The translations under genes and the position numbers were made by a program. A stretch of DNA of 64,000 nt from contig CALVYA010000002.1 of assembly GCA_944371905.1 (NCBI GenBank), forward strand, positions 17,303 to 81,302. The letters run 5' to 3'. Below the pieces are notes generated by a model. That model saw only the letters and a list, made by a program, of their open reading frames with translations, made no database searches and was not told the DNA's origin. Shown in pieces: positions 1-11,382 of this stretch (the first letter of the stretch is position 1; each line of letters opens with the position of its first letter). The stretch is from an uncultured Bacilli bacterium. GTDB taxonomy: Bacteria > Bacillota_I > Bacilli_A > RF39 > UBA660.

Positions 1-1
1 T

Positions 2-280
2 TTAAAAGATACTGCACTAGCTAATTTATACGAGAAAGAACATTTTCATGTCTTGACTCGGGAAGAATACGTTGATATCGTTTGCTCACAATTAGAAGTA
101 TTAAGAGAAGATATTGTCATTCATAGAATTACAGGAGACCCTAATCCTGAAGATCTAATTGAACCTCAATGGTTAATAAAAAAATTTGGAGTATTAAATG
201 AAATCGATAAAGAAATGGCAAAAAGAGATACTCATCAGGGAAGAAAGTTTCATATTTTAAATAAAATAATTGAAATGTAA
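2..280 (+). CDS. radical SAM protein, TIGR01212/YtqA-like, C-terminal part (5' end outside window)
   Basis: The frame is open from the window edge. The peptide ...EDIVIHRITGDPNPEDLIEPQWL... resembles the C-terminus of this family (recollection). Confidence 0.55.
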   Translation, partial: LKDTALANLYEKEHFHVLTREEYVDIVCSQLEVLREDIVIHRITGDPNPEDLIEPQWLIKKFGVLNEIDKEMAKRDTHQGRKFHILNKIIEM

Positions 281-712
281 AGTAAATAGAGATTCTATAT
301 AAAGAAGATGAATTTTATTTCAGTCTATGATATATTTATAGTATAATTTGAAATTTATTAAGTTTACAAAAAATCAATATGATAGATTCCAATAAAATAG
401 CACAAATAGGTTATAAGCAAGAACTTTACGATAAAATCAATCCTTTTAAAGGAGAGCAAAGAATTAAAGCCTAAGAGTTGCAATTGAAAGAAAATATGAA
501 AATAGAATAATTACTAATTAGCAAGAAGTAATGTCTAAAATTCATTATATGTTAATAAAAAATTTTTGAATTTGCAAATTAAACAGGTCAAATAGTAATT
601 ATTTAATTATGATGAGAAAGGAAATAAAAAGTTACCTATAAATGTAATGGAAGAAATGCAATTATCGTGGACATGTGAGGAATAAGGTGAAACTTTATAA
701 TTAGGGATTAAA

Positions 713-1465
713 ATGAATAATAATGAATATTTTGATAACATTAAAAATAATATTTTAAATAGCTATCAATCGAAAACAGAAAAGTTGAAAGAATTAAAAA
801 AACGATTATTAGAGTCACAAAAAAGCAATGATACTAGAAAAATAGAGTTTTATAGTAAACAAACTGAGTCTATTTTAAGTAGTATCAATAATATTAAAAG
901 CCAATTATCATGTATGAGACCAAATAATAATGACGATCTCAATGAAAGACATGATATTATGGTTAATTTTCCTAAATTGGTTAATGAAACAATACCAGAT
1001 GATGTTCCAATGGTTTTCCACGGAAATAATAATATAGAAATAGTAAAACAAATTATTTCTTCTGGCGGATTATATACCCCCGAAGAACGTGGAGTAGATT
1101 TTAAATCCTTTGCAACTCAAATTGATGTTACATATAAAAGTAATATACGTGTTAGTTGCGAGTTTGCCGATAGTAGCACAATTTCTTTTATGCCATATGG
1201 CGCTATTTTTGCCTTTTATCCAAAAGAACACGAATATGAAAAGGTTTTAAAAACTGGTGAAAATTCTGAAGTATTTGGGGGTGTTGAAAGCATTGATTTT
1301 AAAGATGATCGATTTGTTGGAATTATTACTACAAATGAAAATCTAGAAACTTTAAAGCTATGTTTTGATGCTAATCAACTTGATTCAAATAAAGTCTTTA
1401 CTCATAAACAATTTATTAATTTTTGTAAAGAAAAATGGATTTGTGACACAAAGATAACTAAATAG
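713..1465 (+). CDS. hypothetical protein (250 aa)
   Basis: Long ORF with normal codon usage. No motif recognised. Confidence 0.5.
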   Translation: MNNNEYFDNIKNNILNSYQSKTEKLKELKKRLLESQKSNDTRKIEFYSKQTESILSSINNIKSQLSCMRPNNNDDLNERHDIMVNFPKLVNETIPDDVPMVFHGNNNIEIVKQIISSGGLYTPEERGVDFKSFATQIDVTYKSNIRVSCEFADSSTISFMPYGAIFAFYPKEHEYEKVLKTGENSEVFGGVESIDFKDDRFVGIITTNENLETLKLCFDANQLDSNKVFTHKQFINFCKEKWICDTKITK

Positions 1466-1527
1466 TACGAAAGATGATAACTTATAATAAGTTTTGTCTT
1501 TTTTTAATTTCTCTGTAATTAAAAAGA

Positions 1528-1546
1528 ATCCACAATTATTGTGGAT
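1528..1546. terminator. bidirectional hairpin terminator between convergent genes
   Basis: atccacaat/attgtggat stem flanked by an A-run (1521-1525) and T-rich sequence. It sits between the 713..1465 (+) and 1550..2302 (-) stops. Confidence 0.6.
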
Positions 1547-1549
1547 ATT

Positions 1550-2302
1550 TTATTTCCTTTTCTTTTTTTGAATATGATAAGTTATTTTTGCTAACATCTT
1601 TGTGGAAAAAAATCTTTGAAAAAAATTAGCAAGTTTCATTTTAACCCCGGGAATAATAATTAATTTCTTTTTTAATAAATTATCTATCGCATATCTTGCT
1701 ACATCTTTACTATTTAATGGTTTTACACTAAAACTAACTCCAGCTACTTTATTAAAATTAGTAGCTACAGGGCCAGGGCACAAGCAAGAGATTACAACAT
1801 GAGAATGGGATCTTCTTAATTCTTCATAAATAGAAGTAGTAAGTCTTAATACATACGCTTTAGTACTATAATAAGTTGCCATTAATGGTCCTGGGACAAA
1901 AGCCGCTAATGATGCAACATTTAGAATATAACCAAAGTCTCTTTTTTTCATATCACGTAAAAACATTTTCGTCAATATATGTACTGCTTTAATATTCAAA
2001 TCTAACATTTCTATTTCTTTAGTTAAATCAGTCTCATCAAATTGACCAAAATCACCAAATCCAGCATTATTAATTAAAATATCAATATTTTCATTCTTAC
2101 ATAAAACATAGACTTCTTTTACTTTACTTTCACTAGATAAATCAGCCACAATTATTTTAGGCTCTTTTTTTAACTTGCTTTGCATCTGTTGTAATTTAAT
2201 TTTATCACGTGATACTAATATCAATTCGTAACCTAAGCTATCTAGGTATAAAGCTATTTGATAACCTATGCCACTAGAAGCTCCCGTAATTAAAGCTTTC
2301 AT
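1550..2302 (-). CDS. SDR-family oxidoreductase
   Basis: N-terminal TGASSGIG Rossmann motif, NNAG, and a YxxxK catalytic motif (YSTKAY). Confidence 0.85.
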   Translation of the reverse strand: MKALITGASSGIGYQIALYLDSLGYELILVSRDKIKLQQMQSKLKKEPKIIVADLSSESKVKEVYVLCKNENIDILINNAGFGDFGQFDETDLTKEIEMLDLNIKAVHILTKMFLRDMKKRDFGYILNVASLAAFVPGPLMATYYSTKAYVLRLTTSIYEELRRSHSHVVISCLCPGPVATNFNKVAGVSFSVKPLNSKDVARYAIDNLLKKKLIIIPGVKMKLANFFQRFFSTKMLAKITYHIQKKKRK

Positions 2303-2337
2303 AATACCATCTCCAAGCTCATTATAACATAGAAAAA

Positions 2338-2354
2338 AGGTCTTTACTAGACCT
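2338..2354 (-). terminator. rho-independent terminator after the 483-aa gene
   Basis: aggtc/gacct stem followed by a T-run on the minus strand (plus-strand A-run at 2333-2338). Confidence 0.5.
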
Positions 2355-2361
2355 CTAATAA

Positions 2362-3813
2362 CTATAATGTCCCTTCACTAGGTAGCAGATCATTATCTAA
2401 TAAATTACCATCATTAGGAGTAGGAGTTTCTGGAGTTAGCGTTTCTAACTTACCAAATAACTCAACTATATAATTAGAAAAAATATTGATTTTTTCTGCT
2501 ACAAAACTATTAACAATGTCCATTTCTTCTTCACTTACTTCTTTTGCATCCGTAGCACTTTCTGTATCGATTGTTGGTAAATCTTCATTTAAATAAATAG
2601 TGTTCATAGACACAATTCCGTTTTCTTGTGATGTATCGTAAAAACTAAATTCCATCTTATATTCCTTATCTTTAGTTACTCTAGTTAGTTTATAATTTAT
2701 AACTGCTATCTCTTCTTCATCTAACGATGCAGTTAAATCTAAAGATAACTCGCTATCAGATAAAATTAAAGTTCCAGCAACAGTAGTAATTTGTTCTTCA
2801 TTATTTAGTATTAATGTAATATCTATATTACTATCAGTAGTATATATACCCTCATAAGATAATCTATCAATATCATTTTCCAATATTTTAAATGCTATTA
2901 CTTTATTACTACTACTATTAGTATAAGAATCATATGAAATAGTATAAGTATTAGAAGCTTCACTATCAATTTCATAATTTTCTATAAGAGATAGTTCTAT
3001 TCTTCTAACATTATTGAAACCTTCAAGATAAAAGGCTATATTTAAAATCTCAGTTGTATCACTAGCATCTAATTTTTCTTCCAATGAAGCTTTGATCTCT
3101 TCAATATATTCTTTTGTTATTTCACTATCTAATTTTTGCAAAGCCTTAATAGCACTAGTATCATTACCAATTAAATCTAAATATTTAATAATAATTTGAA
3201 AGAATTTTTTTTCAGATATGCTCAATGATATTTTAGTAGTTTTCACTTCCTTAGATCCTAAATTTAAAGTTTCACTACTTTTATTAAGTTCATTATCTTT
3301 TAAATCATCTAATATACTATCTCTAAATAGATTAACTAGTAATTTAAATTCTTTCTTTTCAAGATTTTCAGTCTTAAAACTAGGTATGCTACTAGTTCCA
3401 TCTGTATCTGAAATAGCTAAATCAGTATAATAAAATGTTTCCATAGCTTCCTTTATTTTATAATACATTCTATCATCATCTAGAAAAGCTTCTAACCCAA
3501 TAAAATCTTCTTCTGCTACTTTACTATCTAAATTAAAATAAATATCGTTATTACTAATATGATAATCTCCACTAACAGATATAAAAGATTCACCTAGTAG
3601 GTTCATTTTAGTATTGGTTGTTATTTTATACTTATCACTATTCAACATTTCATTTAATAAAGTTTCATTAGATACTTCTGTAATAGTCGAAAACACTTTT
3701 TTCATTGCCGTTTCAAAAATGTATTTTTTAGAATTCATTAAATAAACACCACTACCAATCATAGCTAGTGCTACTACAAATAATAAAATACTGATTACTT
3801 TTTTACCATTCAT
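2362..3813 (-). CDS. hypothetical membrane-anchored or secreted protein (483 aa)
   Basis: N-terminal hydrophobic helix (VISILLFVVALAMIGSGVYL), a long acidic Asn/Ser-rich ectodomain and a Pro/Thr tail. No recognised domain. Confidence 0.6.
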   Translation of the reverse strand: MNGKKVISILLFVVALAMIGSGVYLMNSKKYIFETAMKKVFSTITEVSNETLLNEMLNSDKYKITTNTKMNLLGESFISVSGDYHISNNDIYFNLDSKVAEEDFIGLEAFLDDDRMYYKIKEAMETFYYTDLAISDTDGTSSIPSFKTENLEKKEFKLLVNLFRDSILDDLKDNELNKSSETLNLGSKEVKTTKISLSISEKKFFQIIIKYLDLIGNDTSAIKALQKLDSEITKEYIEEIKASLEEKLDASDTTEILNIAFYLEGFNNVRRIELSLIENYEIDSEASNTYTISYDSYTNSSSNKVIAFKILENDIDRLSYEGIYTTDSNIDITLILNNEEQITTVAGTLILSDSELSLDLTASLDEEEIAVINYKLTRVTKDKEYKMEFSFYDTSQENGIVSMNTIYLNEDLPTIDTESATDAKEVSEEEMDIVNSFVAEKINIFSNYIVELFGKLETLTPETPTPNDGNLLDNDLLPSEGTL

Positions 3814-3886
3814 TCTCTACACCTCTTTATTCTAAATCGATTATACTAGAATTTTGTCGAATAGTCTATATTTTTTCAAAAAAAAG

Positions 3887-3902
3887 AGACTATTACTAGT
3901 CT
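3887..3902 (-). terminator. terminator of the alpha operon (overlaps the rplQ stop)
   Basis: agacta/tagtct stem followed by T8 on the minus strand (plus-strand A-run at 3878-3885). Confidence 0.6.
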
Positions 3903-4240
3903 ACTAATTCTAATCTAACGATTAACGCATCGTCGCCTCTACGCTCATCTAATTTTAAAATTCTTGTATATCCACCATTTCTATTTGCATACTTTGGTGC
4001 AAGTTCATCAAATACTTTCTTAACAGCAGCAGTATCATTGTGAAGGAAAGCTAATGCTTTTCTTCTTGCAACTAAGCCACCATCTTTACCGTAAGTAATC
4101 ATTTTATCAACAAACTTACGAGTCTCTTTTGCTCTTGTCTCAGTTGTTTCTATACTACCATTCATGATAACATCTTTAGTAAGATTAGCAAGCATGCTTC
4201 TTCTATGTTTGTTATCAACTCCTAATTTTCTATATGCCAC
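3896..4240 (-). CDS. rplQ: 50S ribosomal protein L17
   Basis: 114 aa starting MAYRKLG..HRRSMLANL. It is the last gene after rpoA, as in the conserved alpha operon. Confidence 0.95.
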   Translation of the reverse strand: MAYRKLGVDNKHRRSMLANLTKDVIMNGSIETTETRAKETRKFVDKMITYGKDGGLVARRKALAFLHNDTAAVKKVFDELAPKYANRNGGYTRILKLDERRGDDALIVRLELVD

Positions 4241-4255
4241 TTTGACTCCTCCTTA

Positions 4256-5206
4256 CTAATCGTCTTCACGTAAAACTAATCCTAGTTCTTTTACTTTATC
4301 TAACACTTCTTTTAATGATTTCTTACCTAAATTACGTATTTTCATCATATCATTTTCTGATCTATTAACTAAATCTTGTAATGTATGAATTCCTGCTCTT
4401 TTTAAGCAATTATATGCACGTACTGAGAAATCAAGATCTTCTATTGTAGTTTCTAATGCTTTTACTTTTGGATCTTCTGTTTTTTCGATCATCATACCAG
4501 TCATATCAGCAATATTACTTAAGTTAGTAAGAATATTAAAATGTTCAATTAAAATTCTTGCAGCTAATGCTATTGCTTCTTCTGGTTTTGTTGAACCATT
4601 TGTCCATACATTTAAAATTAATTTATCATAGCTTTCGTCTTGCCCCACACGAGCACTTTCTACTTCATATGAAACACGATCAATAGGTGAAAATAATGAA
4701 TCTATTGGGATAACTCCTACTTTCTTAATATCCAATAACTTCTTATTTTCTTCGCTTCTTACGTATCCTCTACCATTAGATACTGTCATTTCTGCTACTA
4801 ATTTACCACCTTTAGCAACATTAGCAATAACTAAATCTGGATTAATTATTTCAATATCAGCATCACGTTCAATGTCACCTGCAGTAACTGGTCCTTCTTT
4901 TGTAACATTAAGTCTAATTATTTTACTATCATTAGAATGATTTTTTATTACAACTTTTTTCAAATTTAAAATAATAGTTGTAACATCTTCAATAACTCCT
5001 TCTAATGTTTGAAATTCATGTAGTGCTCCATCAATTTTAACACTACTAATTGCTGAACCTGGTAAAGATGATAGCATTACACGTCTTAAAGCATTACCTA
5101 AAGTAGTACCAAATCCTCTTTCTAATGGTTCAATTTCAAATTTTCCATAAAAATTACTTTCTACATAATCAGTTATTTTATAATTTGGTTTTTCAAATTC
5201 TATCAT
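4256..5206 (-). CDS. rpoA: DNA-directed RNA polymerase alpha subunit
   Basis: GTTLGNALRRVMLSSLPG N-terminal motif and C-terminal domain LDFSVRAYNCLKRAGI. Confidence 0.97.
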   Translation of the reverse strand: MIEFEKPNYKITDYVESNFYGKFEIEPLERGFGTTLGNALRRVMLSSLPGSAISSVKIDGALHEFQTLEGVIEDVTTIILNLKKVVIKNHSNDSKIIRLNVTKEGPVTAGDIERDADIEIINPDLVIANVAKGGKLVAEMTVSNGRGYVRSEENKKLLDIKKVGVIPIDSLFSPIDRVSYEVESARVGQDESYDKLILNVWTNGSTKPEEAIALAARILIEHFNILTNLSNIADMTGMMIEKTEDPKVKALETTIEDLDFSVRAYNCLKRAGIHTLQDLVNRSENDMMKIRNLGKKSLKEVLDKVKELGLVLREDD

Positions 5207-5228
5207 GAAACTACCTCCTTTATTTTAA

Positions 5229-5612
5229 TTAACCACGTGGACGTTTTGGTGGACGACATCCATTATGTGGTATTGGTGTCACATCATTAATTGCAGTAAC
5301 TTCTAATCCTGCTGTTTGAAGTGATCTAATAGCTGTTTCACGTCCTGGTCCTAAACCTTTAACATAAACCTCAACTTTTCTCATTCCAGCATCATATGCA
5401 GCTTTTCCTGCTGCTTCAGCTGCCATACCTGCTGCAAATGGTGTTGATTTTTTACTACCTTTAAAACCGATCGCTCCACTGGAAGCCCAAGAAATAGCAT
5501 TCCCTTCTTGGTCAGTTATTGTAGTTATTGTATTATTAAATGTTGAATGAATGTGTGCTACACCTTCTGGAACATTCTTTTTAACTTTTCTTTTTCTAGT
5601 TTTATAAGCCAT
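5229..5612 (-). CDS. rpsK: 30S ribosomal protein S11
   Basis: [16 protein letters not shown]...[10 protein letters not shown], and conserved gene order. Confidence 0.97.
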   Translation of the reverse strand: MAYKTRKRKVKKNVPEGVAHIHSTFNNTITTITDQEGNAISWASSGAIGFKGSKKSTPFAAGMAAEAAGKAAYDAGMRKVEVYVKGLGPGRETAIRSLQTAGLEVTAINDVTPIPHNGCRPPKRPRG

Positions 5613-5642
5613 AAGATTGACCTCCTTTTTAACTATTTTCTA

Positions 5643-6008
5643 TTATTTCTTTTTATTAGCGATTGTCTTACCTTTTCCTTTACGAGTACGAGCGTTGCTT
5701 CTTGTAGATTGTCCTCTTACAGGTAATCCTTTTTTGTGACGAGTTCCTTGATATGAATTAATTTCCATTTTTGTTTTAATGTTCATATTAACTTCACGTC
5801 TTAAATCTCCTTCGACAACATATTTATTAACTTCATCACGAACTTTATTTAATTCATCATTATCCAAATCTTTTACCTTAGTCATAGGATCTACTCCTGC
5901 ATCAGATAAAATCTTTTTAGATAAATTTCTTCCTATACCATAAATATATGTTAATGAAACTTCTACTTGTTTATCATTTGGTATATCTACACCTTTAATA
6001 CGTGCCAT
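5643..6008 (-). CDS. rpsM: 30S ribosomal protein S13
   Basis: [13 protein letters not shown]... The tracked ORF starts 3 codons upstream, but the MARI start is the canonical one. Confidence 0.95.
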   Translation of the reverse strand: MARIKGVDIPNDKQVEVSLTYIYGIGRNLSKKILSDAGVDPMTKVKDLDNDELNKVRDEVNKYVVEGDLRREVNMNIKTKMEINSYQGTRHKKGLPVRGQSTRSNARTRKGKGKTIANKKK

Positions 6009-6026
6009 AGAATACACTTCCTTTCA

Positions 6027-6140
6027 TTATCCTTGTCTTTGTTTGTGTTTTGGATTTTCACAAATAATTCTTATTTTACCTTTACGTTTAATAACTTTAC
6101 ATTTTTCGCAAATTGGTTTTGCTGATGCTTTTACTTTCAT
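6027..6140 (-). CDS. rpmJ: 50S ribosomal protein L36 (37 aa, absent from the ORF track)
   Basis: Hand translation of the minus strand gives [37 protein letters not shown]. It lies between infA and rpsM as expected. Confidence 0.93.
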   Translation of the reverse strand: MKVKASAKPICEKCKVIKRKGKIRIICENPKHKQRQG

Positions 6141-6153
6141 AATATCCCTCCTA

Positions 6154-6369
6154 TTATTTCCTATAGGTTATACGCCCACGTGTTAAATCATAAGGCGATA
6201 GTTCTAGCATTACGGTATCCCCTGGTAAGATGCGAATGTAATTCATTCGGATTTTACCAGAAACGTGAGCTTCCACAATGTGTCCATTTTCCAGTTGAAC
6301 TTTAAATTTTCCTCCTGGTAATACTTCTAGGACATGCCCTTCGATCTCTATTGTATCATCTTTAGCCAT
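6154..6369 (-). CDS. infA: translation initiation factor IF-1
   Basis: [24 protein letters not shown]...GRITYR. Confidence 0.96.
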   Translation of the reverse strand: MAKDDTIEIEGHVLEVLPGGKFKVQLENGHIVEAHVSGKIRMNYIRILPGDTVMLELSPYDLTRGRITYRK

Positions 6370-6373
6370 ATCA

Positions 6374-7129
6374 TCACTCTCCCGTTAATATTTTGTATCC
6401 ATCCTTAGTTACTACTACAGTATGTTCAAAATGAGCTGAAGGACTATAGTCATCCGTTTCAATTGTCCACCCATCTTCTAACATATATATATCTGCACTT
6501 CCTAAGTTTAACATTGGTTCAATAGCAATTACCATTCCTTCCTTTAATAAAGGTCCAACTCCCTTTGATCCATAATTAGGAACATCAGGTTCTTCATGCA
6601 ATTTACTACCTACACCATGTCCGACTAATTCTTTAACAACACCTAAATGGTACTGATTAGCATATTTCTCTACTGCATGAGAAATATCGCCGATTCTATT
6701 TCCAGGTTTTACTTGTTTTAAACCTTCATATAGTGCCTTTTCCGTATGTTCTAAAAGATATTTTTTATCATTATCTACTTCTCCTACTGGATAACTCCAA
6801 GCAGAATCCCCATGATATCCTTTATAACAGGCCCCAATATCGATCGATATTATATCACCATTTTTTAATTTTGTCTTCCCAGGAATTCCATGTACTACTT
6901 GATTATTAATACTAGTACAAATGGAACCTGGAAATCCGTTATATCCTTTAAAAGATGGAGTAGCACCTTGACTTAAAATAAATTTTTCTGCTAAAGTATC
7001 TAGTTCTTTTGTAGTGATACCTTCTTTAATATAAGGTTTTAAATATTGATGGGTCAAATAAACAATATGACCAGCAATAGCAAGTAATTCGATCTCACGA
7101 TCACTTTTAATTTTTATCAATACTATCAC
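6374..7129 (-). CDS. map: type I methionine aminopeptidase
   Basis: IKSDREIE start and metal-ligand context (DIGA, HGVG, EPM, FEHT). It overlaps the adk 3' end by 23 nt. Confidence 0.93.
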   Translation of the reverse strand: MIVLIKIKSDREIELLAIAGHIVYLTHQYLKPYIKEGITTKELDTLAEKFILSQGATPSFKGYNGFPGSICTSINNQVVHGIPGKTKLKNGDIISIDIGACYKGYHGDSAWSYPVGEVDNDKKYLLEHTEKALYEGLKQVKPGNRIGDISHAVEKYANQYHLGVVKELVGHGVGSKLHEEPDVPNYGSKGVGPLLKEGMVIAIEPMLNLGSADIYMLEDGWTIETDDYSPSAHFEHTVVVTKDGYKILTGE

Positions 7130-7784
7130 CTAGTTTATTTAATAGTTCCACAACTTGTTTTAAAGTTTCTTTAGATCCAGAACTACTATTTATTCTATAT
7201 AGACACCCTTTATTATTGTAATAATCAATTAATGGTTGTGTCTTTTCAAGATAAGTATTATATCTAGTCTCAAATGACTCTAAATTGTCGTCACTTCTTT
7301 GATATAATTCTCCACCACACTTATCACAAGTATTAGGAGCTTTAGGCGTTAATTCAGGATTATATATATTATATATAGCATCACATCCGTGACATAGTCT
7401 TCTACCAGTTATTCTTTTAATTAACAGTTCTTTTTCTATATCTAGGACAATGACAATACCTAAATCTTTATTTAATTCTTTTAAAAGATTATCATACATT
7501 TGCGCTTGTTTCACTGTTCTAGGATATCCATCTAAAATATATCCATTATCACAACTAGGATCCATTAATCTATTTTTTAAAGCACTTACTACTATCTCAT
7601 CCGATACTAACATTCCTTTAGTTTGCATTTCATGAATTTGCTTTCCTAGTTCATCGCCTTTAGTAGCAGCTTCTCTTAATAAATCACCTGTTGAAATATG
7701 TACATAATGATATTTTTCTTTTAAATCATTTGCTAAAGTTCCCTTACCTGCACCTGGTGCAGCGATTAGTATTAAATTTTTCAT
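7107..7784 (-). CDS. adk: adenylate kinase (zinc-lid type)
   Basis: P-loop GAPGAGKGT and a Cys4 lid (CHGC...CDKCGG). Confidence 0.95.
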   Translation of the reverse strand: MKNLILIAAPGAGKGTLANDLKEKYHYVHISTGDLLREAATKGDELGKQIHEMQTKGMLVSDEIVVSALKNRLMDPSCDNGYILDGYPRTVKQAQMYDNLLKELNKDLGIVIVLDIEKELLIKRITGRRLCHGCDAIYNIYNPELTPKAPNTCDKCGGELYQRSDDNLESFETRYNTYLEKTQPLIDYYNNKGCLYRINSSSGSKETLKQVVELLNKLGDSIDKN

Positions 7785-9049
7785 TATCTTCTACTATATC
7801 CCTTCTTATAAGTTCTAGTAACCAAACTACCCTCTAATTGTTTATATGTTTCAAGAGCAACACCAACTACGATTAATAAACTAGTTCCACCAATAGTTAT
7901 AGTAGATGGCAACTTAGTAACATTACTGAATATAATTGGTAACCCTGAAATAATAACAAGAAATAAACCACCAACAATAGTTAACTTCGATAATATATTA
8001 CCTATATATTTCTCAGTATCTTTTCCAGGCCTAATACCAGGAATAAATCCACCGTTGTTTTGCAAATTCTTTGCTAATTCATCTGGTTTTAATTGTAAGA
8101 ACGTATAAAAATAGGCAAAGAAATAAATTAATACTACAAATATTAAGAATCCAACTGGTGTTGTATAATTTAAATATGTATTTACAAAATTAGTAAATCC
8201 ATCGTTCTTTACAAATTGAGCTATCGTTGCAGGTATTGCAAGTAAGCTTGATGCAAAGATTACTGGGATTACTCCAGCTGAATTGATTTTAATTGGCATA
8301 AATGATTGGTTAGCTCCCATTGCACTTGTTGTTTTATTTGCATATTGGATAGCTACCTTACGCTCTGAATTTTCAACAAATATTACTCCAATTACTATTA
8401 AGAAATATACAATGACAAAACCAACAAACGATGCAATACCTAAAGGTAAAGCCAATTCGCTTTCCAAAATCAATTGTTGAAAAGCTGTAACAAACATTGT
8501 TGGTAATGTTGAAATAATACCTGCCATAATAATTAATGATATACCATTACCAATACCCTTTTGAGTTATCTGATCTCCTAACCATAATAGGAATGCTGTA
8601 CCTGCTGTCATAACAGTGGCTACATACATATAGTCTAAAGTAGATTGCCCTTTACCTAAGAAAGCAAAGGCAAATGCAAATCCTTCAATAAAGGCAAAAA
8701 CAATACCCATATATCTAGTAATTTGATTAATTTTTTGACGTCCTACTGGTCCTTGTTTCTTTAACTCACTAAAGTATGGAACGATATCCATTTGTAATAA
8801 TTGAACAATAATTGATGCTGTGATGTAAGGCATTACACCTAAAGCAAAAATTGAAAATTGCTTTAAAGCGCCCCCACCCATAACATTAATTAATTCCAAA
8901 AAACCTAAACTCCCAGTGACATCTGCTGTACCTGGAATTTGAATTCCAGTTCCTACAACAAATATCAATAATGCACCTAATGTAAATAAAATCCTTCTAC
9001 GTAAGTCTTTATTAATAGGTGACATTAATTGTTTCAATGGTTGAAACAT
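7784..9049 (-). CDS. secY: preprotein translocase SecY
   Basis: 421-aa polytopic protein in the conserved position between rplO and adk, with typical SecY helices. Confidence 0.95.
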   Translation of the reverse strand: MFQPLKQLMSPINKDLRRRILFTLGALLIFVVGTGIQIPGTADVTGSLGFLELINVMGGGALKQFSIFALGVMPYITASIIVQLLQMDIVPYFSELKKQGPVGRQKINQITRYMGIVFAFIEGFAFAFAFLGKGQSTLDYMYVATVMTAGTAFLLWLGDQITQKGIGNGISLIIMAGIISTLPTMFVTAFQQLILESELALPLGIASFVGFVIVYFLIVIGVIFVENSERKVAIQYANKTTSAMGANQSFMPIKINSAGVIPVIFASSLLAIPATIAQFVKNDGFTNFVNTYLNYTTPVGFLIFVVLIYFFAYFYTFLQLKPDELAKNLQNNGGFIPGIRPGKDTEKYIGNILSKLTIVGGLFLVIISGLPIIFSNVTKLPSTITIGGTSLLIVVGVALETYKQLEGSLVTRTYKKGYSRR

Positions 9050-9050
9050 A

Positions 9051-9494
9051 TTAGATCACCTCAATTTTACTTCCAGATGCTTCAATTTTTTCTACTGCAC
9101 TATTTGAAAATTTATGAGCTTGAATTGTTAATTTCTTCTCTAAATTTCCATTTCCTAATATTTTTATTCCATCTAACTCTTTATTTGCTAATCCAACTTC
9201 TTTAAGTAATGCTGGAGTAACTAAAGTACCATCTTCAAATCTATTTAAATCTCCTACATTTACTACTGCATATGTAGTTTTAAATTTATAATTTGAAAAT
9301 CCTCTTTTTGGTAAACGTCTATATAAAGGTAATTGTCCACCTTCAAATGTAGCTTTTACTCCGCCACCACTTCTAGAATTTTGACCTTTTTGTCCTTTAC
9401 CACTTGTTTTACCTAAACCTGAACCTGGTCCACGACCTACAATTTTTCTTTTTTTAGTTGCACCAATATTTTTTTCTAATTCATGTAATTTCAT
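9051..9494 (-). CDS. rplO: 50S ribosomal protein L15
   Basis: [24 protein letters not shown]. Confidence 0.95.
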   Translation of the reverse strand: MKLHELEKNIGATKKRKIVGRGPGSGLGKTSGKGQKGQNSRSGGGVKATFEGGQLPLYRRLPKRGFSNYKFKTTYAVVNVGDLNRFEDGTLVTPALLKEVGLANKELDGIKILGNGNLEKKLTIQAHKFSNSAVEKIEASGSKIEVI

Positions 9495-10003
9495 TATCCT
9501 AAAATCTCCTCTACTGTTTTTCCTCTTAATTCTGCAGTATGTTCAGGTGTTTTTAATTGTTTTAGTGCATCAATTGTAGCGTTAGCCATATTATTTTTAG
9601 TTCTTGATCCAAGTGATTTAGACGAAATATCGTGAATTCCAGCAAGTTCTAGTACAGCACGAACTGCTCCACCTGCGATAACTCCAGTACCAGCTACTGC
9701 AGGTTTAAGCATTACCTTAGCAGCTCCTCTAGTACCATATACTTCGTGGGCAATTGTTCTATTATCAGTTAGAGGTACTCTTATTAAGTTCTTATTTGCA
9801 GCTTGAATTGCTTTTTTTATTGCATCAGGTACTTCGTTAGCTTTTCCCATACCTAATCCAACTTTACCTTTTCTATCCCCAACAACAACGGTTGCAGAAA
9901 AACGTCTTTGTCTACCACCCTTGTTAACTTTAACAACACTTTTAACTTCGATTACTTGTTCTTCTAAAGTTTTTGCTTTTGGGTCATTATTTTTATTTTG
10001 CAT
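9494..10003 (-). CDS. rpsE: 30S ribosomal protein S5
   Basis: [21 protein letters not shown]... Its stop overlaps the rplO start by 1 nt. Confidence 0.95.
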   Translation of the reverse strand: MQNKNNDPKAKTLEEQVIEVKSVVKVNKGGRQRRFSATVVVGDRKGKVGLGMGKANEVPDAIKKAIQAANKNLIRVPLTDNRTIAHEVYGTRGAAKVMLKPAVAGTGVIAGGAVRAVLELAGIHDISSKSLGSRTKNNMANATIDALKQLKTPEHTAELRGKTVEEILG

Positions 10004-10017
10004 AAATTACCCTCCTT

Positions 10018-10380
10018 TTAGAATTCTAATCCTTTATTACGTGCAGCTTCTGCTAAAGCTTTTACACGTCCATGATAAAGATATCCACCTCTATCAAATA
10101 CTACTTTTTTTATTTTTTGTTTAATCGCACGTTCAGCAATTAACTCTCCAACTTTAGTAGCAGCTTCTATGTTACTTCCGTTTTCTAATTTCAAATCTTT
10201 ATCAAGTGATGATGCAGAAACTAAAGTTACACCAGCTTCATCATCAATAATTTGTGCAAAAATATTTGAATTTGATCTAAACACGTTTAGTCTTGGAACT
10301 GCACTGGTTCCATGAACAGCAGTTCTTACTCTATCATGTCTAGCTTGACGCATAACATTTCTTGATACTTTTCTTATCAT
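10018..10380 (-). CDS. rplR: 50S ribosomal protein L18
   Basis: RHDRVR...PRLNVFRSN...[13 protein letters not shown]. Confidence 0.95.
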   Translation of the reverse strand: MIRKVSRNVMRQARHDRVRTAVHGTSAVPRLNVFRSNSNIFAQIIDDEAGVTLVSASSLDKDLKLENGSNIEAATKVGELIAERAIKQKIKKVVFDRGGYLYHGRVKALAEAARNKGLEF

Positions 10381-10405
10381 AAGTAACTTCTCCTTATCTT
10401 ATATT

Positions 10406-10936
10406 TTAAGCAGCTTTCTTTCCTTCTTTACGACGAACATGTTCATCTTTGTAACGGATTCCTTTACCTTTGTAAGGTTCAGGTTGTCTAACTTTTCGGA
10501 TATTAGCTGCATACTCACCTACTTGTACTTTATCAATTCCTTTTACAGTAAGTTCAGTATTACTAGGAACCTCAACTGTGATTCCCTGTGGAATATCCAT
10601 CTCTACTGGATGAGAGTATCCTGCATTAATTACAATTTTATTTCCTTTTAACGCAAAACGATAACCAACACCTAGGATTTCTAGTTGTTTCTCATAACCT
10701 TTGCTAACACCTATAACCATATTATTAATATTAGCATTAATCGTTCCATGCATTGCTTTCAAATCATCACTTGCTCTTAGTACCTCTAAAGTGTTATCTT
10801 CTACTTTTACAGTAATACCATTTACTAATGAAGTAGTAAGTTCTCCCTTAGGTCCTTTAACAGTAACGATTCCATTTTCTTCAGTAACTGTAACTCCATC
10901 AGGAATTACAATTTTTCTATTTCCTATACGACTCAT
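10406..10936 (-). CDS. rplF: 50S ribosomal protein L6
   Basis: [17 protein letters not shown]...GYSHPV... Confidence 0.95.
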   Translation of the reverse strand: MSRIGNRKIVIPDGVTVTEENGIVTVKGPKGELTTSLVNGITVKVEDNTLEVLRASDDLKAMHGTINANINNMVIGVSKGYEKQLEILGVGYRFALKGNKIVINAGYSHPVEMDIPQGITVEVPSNTELTVKGIDKVQVGEYAANIRKVRQPEPYKGKGIRYKDEHVRRKEGKKAA

Positions 10937-10960
10937 TTTAGGTCCTCCTTACACTTTAGA

Positions 10961-11362
10961 TTACCAAATATACGCAAGAACTTCGCCACCAAGATTTTCT
11001 TTGCGAGCTTGTTTGTCAGTCATGATACCACGTGATGTAGAAATAACTGCTATTCCTAATCCATTTAATACTTTAGGCACTTCATCACTTTTTACATATA
11101 CTCTTAACCCTGGTTTAGAAATGCGTTTTAATCCAGTAATTACTCTTTCTTTATTTTTTCCATATTTAAGTGTTAAAACAATTGTTCCTTGAACATCTTT
11201 TTTAACAATTTTATAATCTTCTATAAATCCTTCTTCTTTTAAAATTCTTGCAAGTTCTTCTTTTAATTTAGAAGCAGGTACTGAAACTTCAGTATAGCGC
11301 ATTGCGTTTGCATTACGAATGCGTGTTAACATATCTGCAATTGTATCAGTTACTACAGCCAT
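10961..11362 (-). CDS. rpsH: 30S ribosomal protein S8
   Basis: [13 protein letters not shown]...GGEVLAYIW. Confidence 0.95.
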   Translation of the reverse strand: MAVVTDTIADMLTRIRNANAMRYTEVSVPASKLKEELARILKEEGFIEDYKIVKKDVQGTIVLTLKYGKNKERVITGLKRISKPGLRVYVKSDEVPKVLNGLGIAVISTSRGIMTDKQARKENLGGEVLAYIW

Positions 11363-11382
11363 AATTATTCCTCCTTCCCAAA

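Noticed and set aside
281-712. Small ORF (379..474, MIDSNKIAQIGYKQELYDKINPFKGEQRIKA) and possible pseudogene in the 430-bp gap.
   Set aside because: It has no RBS and no recognisable homology, so it cannot be distinguished from a random ORF.
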